Assembly (NCBI GenBank): GCA_041562555.1
Contig: JBFEXS010000042.1
Span: 1 to 16,800 of the forward strand
Origin: Sulfurimonadaceae bacterium
GTDB taxonomy: Bacteria; Campylobacterota; Campylobacteria; Campylobacterales; Sulfurimonadaceae
Length of the DNA stretch: 16,800 nt
Direction of reading: 5' to 3'
The notes beneath the pieces are model-generated. The model made no database searches. It was not told the origin of the DNA and was given only the letters and a program-made list of their open reading frames with translations. A program made the translations under genes and the position numbers. Numbering within the stretch: the first letter of the stretch is position 1; each line of letters begins with the position of its first letter. Shown piece by piece: positions 7,435 to 14,529 of this stretch.

Positions 7435-10134
7435 ATGAATCCACTATTAGAATCATTTTTACAAGAAGCTAGAGAGAACCTTTCCTTTATTGATCAAAAC
7501 ATTGAAAGTTTGGGCTCGGGGGATGCAGAGCTTGTAAACTCTGTTTTTAGGGCAGCCCATACGCTTAAAGGGGGCTCTGGAATCGTAGGTTTCTCTGCCA
7601 TTAAGGATATCACTCACCATGCCGAAGATCTTTTGGACATGATTCGTGATGGGGATATCGAACCAAATGATGATGTCGTGGAGGCTTTGTATAACGCTTT
7701 TGATGAGGTTATGAATCTGGTAGAAGCAGCTGAAGACACGGAAGATATTGTTGAAGCAGATGAAGAGACAGTCAATGAAATCGTAGAAACCCTTTGTATG
7801 CAGATGGGTAAGAGTACAGAAAAAGAGGCTTGGACACTTCCGATTCAACTGATTCAGGATAAACAAAGTATTATCAATCTTCCTTATGGGTTTTTACGTG
7901 AGTCCGGAGTGACATTGCCTATTCATTCTGAAGAGATCAGTGAGGAGAACTTTTATGAGCCCCGTCTTTATGCGATCTTATTTGATGTGGATGAGTCATG
8001 CATGGTCTATGGAAATGATCCGGCCTATACTCTTTCGCTTCTTGGAGATGCAGTAAAGGGGATCTATGCATGTATGAGCGAAGATGCTGCGAAATCGGTA
8101 CTGAGTGGTCTTGATGATGAAGAGGGGCTCTCTTTACGTACACAGATGGTTGCCTTTGTCTATGCCGGATATGCGGAGATAGAAGAGGCACTGTACAATT
8201 TTATTGATGAACTTGTCTTCTTGCCACTGGATGTTGCAAGCCTCTTAGCAGTAGATAATGGCGATGTCCATGAATTGGACGTGATGAAAGAGTTGGCATC
8301 TAAGGTCAAAGCTGAATTGGCATCGGACAAGGAAAAAGTGAAAGAGCTAATTACCGAGTCCTTGAGTCTTATTGGAGAAAATACACTTCAATATGCTCAG
8401 TTACAACGCTTTTTAGATCTTTTACCATGTAGTGATGAACTGTCAAGCGTAAGTGATTTCTTTGATTTCCTTCCATCGGGTACCGTCTATGCACCGGGAA
8501 GCATGGAGGAAGAAGTGTCGGAAGAAAAGCCTGAAGTGACGGAAGCTGCATTAGCCGGCGCAAAAATGATCATTGAACAACAGTTGATGCAATTGGAAAA
8601 CTCAGATGATGCAATGGTGATAGAGCGTGTCAAGGTGATGTTGGAAAAAACAGCAAAACTGTTTGGTGTCAGTATGGGGGATATCAATAGCAAAGACGAA
8701 CTGATACATTTTGCATCTTCTCTGATCAAAGATGAAACACAAGAAGAGAAGCATGAGATGGAAGTGCAGGCCGAAGCGGAAGAGATAGAAGCAGAATCGG
8801 TAACAGCAAGCAAGGAAATCGAAACTGTGCCGGAGGAGTCGATGCAAGAGGATATTGAAGTTCATGAAAAAGCACAAGGGAGTATCTCTGCTGAAGCCAA
8901 TGTTGAAAAGACAGAAGCAAAGCGAAATGTCATAGGCAAGACAGTGAAAATCGAGCAAGAGTCGGTTGATTCACTGATGAATATCATCGGAGAACTCCTT
9001 GTCGCTAAAAATTCATTGCCATATTTGGCGGACTCGGTCCATGAGATGACGACAGATGGTGTGAAGCGTGCAATTATGGAAAAATATACCTTTATCAACC
9101 GTCTTTCCGAACAGTTACAAGACCTTATTATGTCAATGCGTATGCTCCCTATCTCTTATGTCTTTGATAGATATCCGAAACTTGTACGTGATATCTCTAA
9201 AAAGTTAGGTAAAAAAGTCAAACTGACGATGAATGGCGGAGAAACAAAACTCGATAAGAATATCATCGAGATGATGGCCGACCCGATGATCCATATTATG
9301 CGTAATTCACTTGATCATGGAATAGAGATGCCTGATGAGCGAACAGCCAAAGGCAAGTCTGCAGAAGGGAATGTCAATTTGAAAGCCTATGCTCAGTCGG
9401 ACAAGATCATTATAGAGATCATTGATGACGGTGCCGGTATAAATGTTGATCGTGTTGTGAACAAGGTTATTGAAAAAGGTCTGATGACGATAGAACAGAT
9501 TGATGCTTTGGATGAGAATGCAAAGGCAGAACTGGTTCTGTTGGCAGGGCTTTCAACGGCAGATGAGATTACAGAGTTCTCAGGACGCGGTGTCGGTATG
9601 GATGTGGTCAAAAAATCGATTGAAGGCTTTGGCGGTACGATTAATATCCGCACACAAAAAGATATTGGAACAACCATTACGTTGGCAATACCTGTATCTT
9701 TGGCGGTTACTTCACTTCTGCATGTCGAAATGGGCGGCATACATTATGGAATGCCGATGGATGCAGTACAAGAAACAGTCAAAATTGATAGAGATAAAAT
9801 TGAATCGCTGCATAATGAACCTTTTATCTATTTGCGTGGAGAGGTTATTCCTCTATTGTTTATCAACTCTATGCTTGATCTTACGGAGATACAAAACAAG
9901 CAATTGAGCATAGTCGTCTTGAATATTAAGGGGAATACATTGGCAGTAGTCGTTAATGAACTTCTGGGACAACTTGATGTAGTACAAAAACCGCTTACAG
10001 GAATGCTTCAGGGACACCCTGTTTTCAGTGGAACAGCTCTTTTAGGAAATGGCCAGATCATTATGATGATAGATCCTGTAGGTTTGTTAGCCGTATGTGA
10101 TCAGCTTCAAACACCGTTGAAGGAAGTCTCATGA
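7435..10134 (+). CDS. cheA: Chemotaxis histidine kinase CheA
   Basis: Hpt VFRAAHTLKGGSG (His42), dimerisation region KTVKIEQESVDSLMNIIGEL, N-box HIMRNSLDHGIE, G1 DDGAGI, G2 SGRGVGMDVVK, and a C-terminal CheW-like P5. RBS AGGAG. Confidence 0.98.
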   Translation: MNPLLESFLQEARENLSFIDQNIESLGSGDAELVNSVFRAAHTLKGGSGIVGFSAIKDITHHAEDLLDMIRDGDIEPNDDVVEALYNAFDEVMNLVEAAEDTEDIVEADEETVNEIVETLCMQMGKSTEKEAWTLPIQLIQDKQSIINLPYGFLRESGVTLPIHSEEISEENFYEPRLYAILFDVDESCMVYGNDPAYTLSLLGDAVKGIYACMSEDAAKSVLSGLDDEEGLSLRTQMVAFVYAGYAEIEEALYNFIDELVFLPLDVASLLAVDNGDVHELDVMKELASKVKAELASDKEKVKELITESLSLIGENTLQYAQLQRFLDLLPCSDELSSVSDFFDFLPSGTVYAPGSMEEEVSEEKPEVTEAALAGAKMIIEQQLMQLENSDDAMVIERVKVMLEKTAKLFGVSMGDINSKDELIHFASSLIKDETQEEKHEMEVQAEAEEIEAESVTASKEIETVPEESMQEDIEVHEKAQGSISAEANVEKTEAKRNVIGKTVKIEQESVDSLMNIIGELLVAKNSLPYLADSVHEMTTDGVKRAIMEKYTFINRLSEQLQDLIMSMRMLPISYVFDRYPKLVRDISKKLGKKVKLTMNGGETKLDKNIIEMMADPMIHIMRNSLDHGIEMPDERTAKGKSAEGNVNLKAYAQSDKIIIEIIDDGAGINVDRVVNKVIEKGLMTIEQIDALDENAKAELVLLAGLSTADEITEFSGRGVGMDVVKKSIEGFGGTINIRTQKDIGTTITLAIPVSLAVTSLLHVEMGGIHYGMPMDAVQETVKIDRDKIESLHNEPFIYLRGEVIPLLFINSMLDLTEIQNKQLSIVVLNIKGNTLAVVVNELLGQLDVVQKPLTGMLQGHPVFSGTALLGNGQIIMMIDPVGLLAVCDQLQTPLKEVS

Positions 10135-10907
10135 AGTCGTTTGTAATCTTTTCTGTCCAGGATAGATATTACGGTATTGATATTGAATGTGTAAGACGCA
10201 TATTACCCTCACAACCATTGACGACTTTACCGGATGAGGGTGAACATATTGAGGGAATGTTTCAGTATGAAGACAATGTGATAAAAGTCTTGAGTTTCAG
10301 GAAAGCTTTGGGATTACAAGGTTACTCGGATAAGTTAAAAGAGATGTTTCCTGAACTCGAGGCACAGCACAAGGCATGGGTCGCTGCCCTTGAAGAGAGT
10401 GTTGAAACCGGGGTTCCTTTTTCAAAGACGACAGACCCTCATGCTTGCCATCTGGGAAAATGGATAAACTCTTTTCACCCGGATGATCCGGAAGTCCTGG
10501 TTGAGATGAAAAAACTTGATTATCATCATCAACAACTGCATCGCTCTGCAGTGGATGTATTGGATCAAAGACAGAGTGATCCGGAAGAGGCCAAAAGATT
10601 GATGGAAGAGAGCTCACACAGAATATACAAAGATACCTTGGCTCAGCTTCAAGAGGTGTCGAAGATATCTGTAAAATTGGCGGCTTCATTACAGCGCTGT
10701 CTGATTTTGATCGGTAAGGATAATGTGACCTTTGGTGTGAATATCGATGCAGTTGAAGATATCGTCCATGTAGAAGAGTCGGAGGTACATGAGGCGGATG
10801 CGATACAAAATATGGGTGAGTATATGGATATCGCATCTATTCTTGAACACGAGGGGAACCTGATAACGATTGTAACAAATATTTCTATAGATAAAAGGAG
10901 TGCATGA
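10131..10907 (+). CDS. CheW-domain protein with inserted CZB (chemoreceptor zinc-binding) domain
   Basis: N-terminal CheW half (FVIFSVQDRYYGIDIECVRRIL), CZB ligands QH80KAWV, HAC106HLGKW and H133QQLH137, then the C-terminal CheW half (FGVNIDAVEDIVHV). The start overlaps the cheA stop (ATGA). Confidence 0.88.
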   Translation: MKSFVIFSVQDRYYGIDIECVRRILPSQPLTTLPDEGEHIEGMFQYEDNVIKVLSFRKALGLQGYSDKLKEMFPELEAQHKAWVAALEESVETGVPFSKTTDPHACHLGKWINSFHPDDPEVLVEMKKLDYHHQQLHRSAVDVLDQRQSDPEEAKRLMEESSHRIYKDTLAQLQEVSKISVKLAASLQRCLILIGKDNVTFGVNIDAVEDIVHVEESEVHEADAIQNMGEYMDIASILEHEGNLITIVTNISIDKRSA

Positions 10908-11173
10908 TGGCTGTCAAATATGATGGAGCGAAAATTGCTTTTGAAGCTGTGATCTATGAGGATGAAGTGGTCTCTTTACGTGAAAAACTCAATGAGATAG
11001 CCCCGGAAGAGGTAACCTTTGATATGAGTGACTGCGACGATTTGCATTTAGCGATAATTCAACAGATACTGGCATATAAAAAACTCTATGCCTGTCAATT
11101 CAATTTCTCTGAAGAGAAGAAAATATATCAAAAAGTCATTGAAGGTTTTGACACAAAAGACTGCATGCTCTAG
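10907..11173 (+). CDS. Small STAS-like protein (alternative start 10904)
   Basis: The pattern VTFDMSDCDDLHLAIIQQILA resembles the STAS beta-loop-helix core. RBS AGGAG (10896-10900) is better spaced to ATG 10907 than to 10904. Confidence 0.6.
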   Translation: MAVKYDGAKIAFEAVIYEDEVVSLREKLNEIAPEEVTFDMSDCDDLHLAIIQQILAYKKLYACQFNFSEEKKIYQKVIEGFDTKDCML

Positions 11174-11215
11174 ATAAAATTTAATACTCGGAAGAGTAAA
11201 TAACAAAAGTAATAA

Positions 11216-11959
11216 ATGAAAACAATTTTAGTCTCAAATAGAAAAGGTGGTTCGGCAAAGACGACCACTGCTGTCAATCTTGCCACTGAATTGGCAAAAA
11301 AACATTCCGTTTTACTTATTGATTTTGATACACAAGGACATGCTTCAATCGGTGTCGGGTCCGCCCCACTGGAAGAGGGTGGTGCACATTCGATTTTTTT
11401 CGGTCGTACTCTGAGCGAGAATTTCGTACCGACGGTTTTGGATAACTTGACATTGGCTCCGGCTCATGCACTGTTTGATGTGTATGAGTATTCAGATTTA
11501 AGGGGTGTACTAAAAACCCGGTTCAAGCGTGAGAAAATAGCTGACTTTTTTGATTATTGTATTATTGATACAGCACCAACGTTTGATTCATTGCTCAAGA
11601 ACTCTTTAGAAGTGGCAGATGTGGTTGTTATTCCTTTTGTACCACATCATCTTGGCGTTGTAGCCGTAGGGCAAATGGTACGGGCCGTCTATCAGATGTC
11701 AACAGAAGTGGGTGCTGAAATAAAACATGTCGGAATGTTACCGGTTATGTATAATCCGCATATTAATGAACATAAGGACTCTATACAAAAAGTGCAATCT
11801 GCTTTTGGTAAGGCAAAATTATTTAAACCGATCGGAACAGATATTAAATTGGCCCAGCAATTTGAATCTGGAGAGCCTATAGTTCTTATGGATAAACGTA
11901 CCAAAGGTATGAAAGATTATAAAGAATTTTGTCAAGAACTTCTCAATCGAATTGGGTAG
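11216..11959 (+). CDS. ParA/Soj-family ATPase (orphan; candidate array-positioning ATPase)
   Basis: Deviant Walker A KGGSAKTT, A' motif LLIDFDTQG and Walker B IIDTAP. No adjacent parB. Confidence 0.92.
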   Translation: MKTILVSNRKGGSAKTTTAVNLATELAKKHSVLLIDFDTQGHASIGVGSAPLEEGGAHSIFFGRTLSENFVPTVLDNLTLAPAHALFDVYEYSDLRGVLKTRFKREKIADFFDYCIIDTAPTFDSLLKNSLEVADVVVIPFVPHHLGVVAVGQMVRAVYQMSTEVGAEIKHVGMLPVMYNPHINEHKDSIQKVQSAFGKAKLFKPIGTDIKLAQQFESGEPIVLMDKRTKGMKDYKEFCQELLNRIG

Positions 11960-12044
11960 AAGAATAAATTCTTATTTTTAGATATTTTAACTCTGTAATT
12001 ATGATACTCTTATATATGATAAAGAATGAAAAAGGCTGTGAAAT

Positions 12045-13397
12045 ATGAATATATTGATCGTTGATGATAATACGAACAATCGTATGGTTTTACGTCTGCT
12101 CTTGGAAGATTATGCTAGTGAGAATGGTACAAGTTATGAGATAGATGAAAAGATTAATGGCTTGGAAGCGGTAAACGCTGCAAAAAATAAAGAGTACGAT
12201 CTCATTTTCATGGATATCATGATGCCAGAGATGGATGGGATTGAAGCGACCAAGCAGATCCGTGCTAATAATAAAGAAGTCATGATTATTGCTGTCTCAG
12301 CCGTGGATGATGAAGCACGACAGAAAGAGATCCTGCGTAATGGTGCGGAAGATTATGTACCTAAACCCATCGATGCAGAGCAACTAAGTGCCCGATTGAA
12401 CAATTACTTTGCATTACTTAATCAGCGTCATGTTCCCAAACATTCCAGTAACTCCAAGTCGGTTAATCTCTATACGAAGGACATTTTTCATAGACAGATT
12501 ATCTTTTATGTTGAAAATGAGGAAGCACTTTCAGAGTTTTGGGAATATTACCTGTTAGGAAGTGAATCACTAAAGGTTGATAACCTTTGTGATGTTGTTA
12601 GAGCTGTCTTTGCTCTGGGAGATGCCATCGTTAAGTCTGCAACTCCATGGATAATAGTAGAAGCGGATGATGAATCGCTCTATTTCACAATCAATAAACT
12701 GGAAATGATAGGAACGGAAAAAGTTGATTCTATCATGCAAAAGAATAGCGAGGTAACCGAGTTTATTCGTAACAGTGAAAAGATAAGTTTTAAACTGGCT
12801 AAAAATATAAGTAGTGAAGAAGAGAAAGGTTTCTGCGGGATAGCGGAAGCAAATGGGGTCTTTGAAAAAGAACTTGAAGAGAGTGGGACTGAGACAGAAA
12901 CAGTTGTTCCCGCTACAGAGATCGCTGCTACGAATGTGGATGAGTATAGAGTTTTCAATTATATGGATCCTGAAGATCTACTTGAAACGGAAGATGTGTT
13001 GGGTGATCTTTCGTCACTTATGTTAATGATGGGACGCTCAGAGATTGAACCTGCAGAAGTTGCTGATATCGCTCATTTTCTGGATAAACTTGGACGGGGC
13101 CTTTTGATCTATACCGAGTCCTATAAGATCGGGCAGGCATTGATAGATCTGAGTCAAAGTATCTCAAGTCATGCCAATCGTTTTCAAGAGATAGCATCGG
13201 ATCTTTCAACCTTGAGTTCGGCCTTTGTATCAGACCTGCAGTCCTGGTTGAATCTTACCTTTTACCAGGGTGCACCGTCTGTTGATTTTATGGATGATAC
13301 GATTACAGCCAACACGCAGACGATCATATCCATCTTAAGTGCAGAAGATGATGATATGTCGGGTAGTGATGACATGGATGATATTTTTGATTTTTAA
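12045..13397 (+). CDS. Response regulator: N-terminal REC plus ~320-aa uncharacterised output region
   Basis: ILIVDD, DLIFMDIMMPEMDG, IIAVSA and YVPKP. No recognisable HTH, GGDEF, EAL, HD-GYP or kinase motifs downstream. Ends DDMDDIFDF. Confidence 0.85.
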   Translation: MNILIVDDNTNNRMVLRLLLEDYASENGTSYEIDEKINGLEAVNAAKNKEYDLIFMDIMMPEMDGIEATKQIRANNKEVMIIAVSAVDDEARQKEILRNGAEDYVPKPIDAEQLSARLNNYFALLNQRHVPKHSSNSKSVNLYTKDIFHRQIIFYVENEEALSEFWEYYLLGSESLKVDNLCDVVRAVFALGDAIVKSATPWIIVEADDESLYFTINKLEMIGTEKVDSIMQKNSEVTEFIRNSEKISFKLAKNISSEEEKGFCGIAEANGVFEKELEESGTETETVVPATEIAATNVDEYRVFNYMDPEDLLETEDVLGDLSSLMLMMGRSEIEPAEVADIAHFLDKLGRGLLIYTESYKIGQALIDLSQSISSHANRFQEIASDLSTLSSAFVSDLQSWLNLTFYQGAPSVDFMDDTITANTQTIISILSAEDDDMSGSDDMDDIFDF

Positions 13398-13410
13398 AGG
13401 AGGAAAATAG

Positions 13411-13617
13411 ATGTTTACAGTAGAGATAAAAAACAGTTGTTCTTGTGCTATTAAACGCGGTGTATCGGAGATGCAGAGTTTTGCTACCAAGCAAGAAGCA
13501 GAGGAAGAAGCGAACAGGTTATTAGAACAGATGCGTGCAGAGTTTTGTAAAAAACACAAGTTTGACCTACGAAACGAGTATGGAAACTTTAAGATCTATA
13601 TCTTGGCTAATACCTAA
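13411..13617 (+). CDS. Small hypothetical protein with CxC...CxxH putative metal site
   Basis: Strong RBS AGGAGG just upstream, 13 nt after the previous stop. Motifs SCSCA and FCKKH. Confidence 0.8.
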   Translation: MFTVEIKNSCSCAIKRGVSEMQSFATKQEAEEEANRLLEQMRAEFCKKHKFDLRNEYGNFKIYILANT

Positions 13618-13635
13618 AACCACACTTCAAGCTTT

Positions 13636-13658
13636 GTACGAAGCTGACTGCTTCGTGC
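13636..13658 (+). other. Short hairpin after last gene of the chemosensory locus (possible 3'-end structure or REP-like element)
   Basis: GTACGAAGC-TGACT-GCTTCGTGC forms a 9-bp stem with one G-U. No U-tract follows. Confidence 0.45.
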
Positions 13659-13831
13659 CGAGACACTAAATAAACCTTCTATTTACTACAGTATAAACCA
13701 CAATATTTTCAAAACACTTGGCTACATAGAGCCAAATATCTTCTATAGATTGCATTTTTCTTTACTTTGTTTCCAAGCGAAACGGATGTCAAACAGCTGA
13801 AAAAGCCCTGAAAAAAGGCGTTTTTCTTTAA

Positions 13832-13901
13832 CTTGAGTCTATTTGTATCAATTTAGTTGTATTTTATCATGTCAATTATACTTGACATGATATGACTCAA
13901 T
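13832..13901. promoter_or_regulatory. Three tandem HAIR-like (HspR operator) sites upstream of grpE
   Basis: Against consensus CTTGAGT-N7-ACTCAAG: CTTGAGT-N7-TATCAAT (13832-13852, 11/14), GTTGTAT-N7-TGTCAAT (13856-13876, degenerate) and CTTGACA-N7-ACTCAAT (13881-13901, 11/14). Confidence 0.75.
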
Positions 13902-13911
13902 TGTGTATAAT
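13882..13911 (+). promoter_or_regulatory. Sigma70-type promoter of grpE-dnaK
   Basis: Perfect TTGACA (13882-13887) and TATAAT (13906-13911) with an 18-nt spacer, 32 nt upstream of the grpE ATG. RBS AAGGAG lies in between. Confidence 0.8.
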
Positions 13912-13943
13912 GTCTTCAGAAATTATGAAAAGGAGTCGCATTA

Positions 13944-14504
13944 ATGTCTAATGAGAATGAACACGTAGACAATTCTGAAGTTGAAGAGACTTTGGAAAAT
14001 GAAGAGATTGAAGCGCAAAACGAGACGGCTGAAGAGCCTGATCAGGAAGATGAGGTTGAGGCTTTAAAGGCAGCATTGGCTGCAAGTGAAGATCGATATC
14101 ACAGAGTCCACGCTGATTTTGAGAATATTAAAAAGCGTCTTGAAAAAGAGAAATATCAAGCGTTGGAATATTCAAATGAGAAGTTTGCAAAAGACTTGAT
14201 TCCTGTTCTTGATTCTTTAGAAGGTGCGATCAAGGCTAAGGATGCAGATGCTGAACCGGCGAGCTTGCTTGAGAAAGTAAGTGAAGGGGTTGAGTTGACA
14301 ATGAAACAATTTTTAAGCACTTTAGAAAAACACGGAGTTACTCCAGTAAGTGAAGATGAGCCTTTTGATCCGAATGTTCACCATGCAGTTCAGCAAGTAG
14401 ACAGTCCCGATCATGAATCTGGTCAGATTGTGTCGACCTTCCAAAAAGGTTATAAATATAAAGAACGTACCTTGCGAGATGCAATGGTCGTTATAGCAAA
14501 TTAA
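13944..14504 (+). CDS. grpE: Nucleotide exchange factor GrpE
   Basis: Motifs ADFENIKKR, KDLIPVLDSLE, FDPNVHHAV and QKGY...RTLRDAMV. Directly upstream of dnaK. Confidence 0.98.
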   Translation: MSNENEHVDNSEVEETLENEEIEAQNETAEEPDQEDEVEALKAALAASEDRYHRVHADFENIKKRLEKEKYQALEYSNEKFAKDLIPVLDSLEGAIKAKDADAEPASLLEKVSEGVELTMKQFLSTLEKHGVTPVSEDEPFDPNVHHAVQQVDSPDHESGQIVSTFQKGYKYKERTLRDAMVVIAN

Positions 14505-14529
14505 TTAAAAGAAATACAAAGGATATATT

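Noticed and set aside
13799..13829. GAAAAAGCC...GGCGTTTTTC as terminator
   Set aside because: Only three GC pairs, a bulge and a large loop make it too weak to call.
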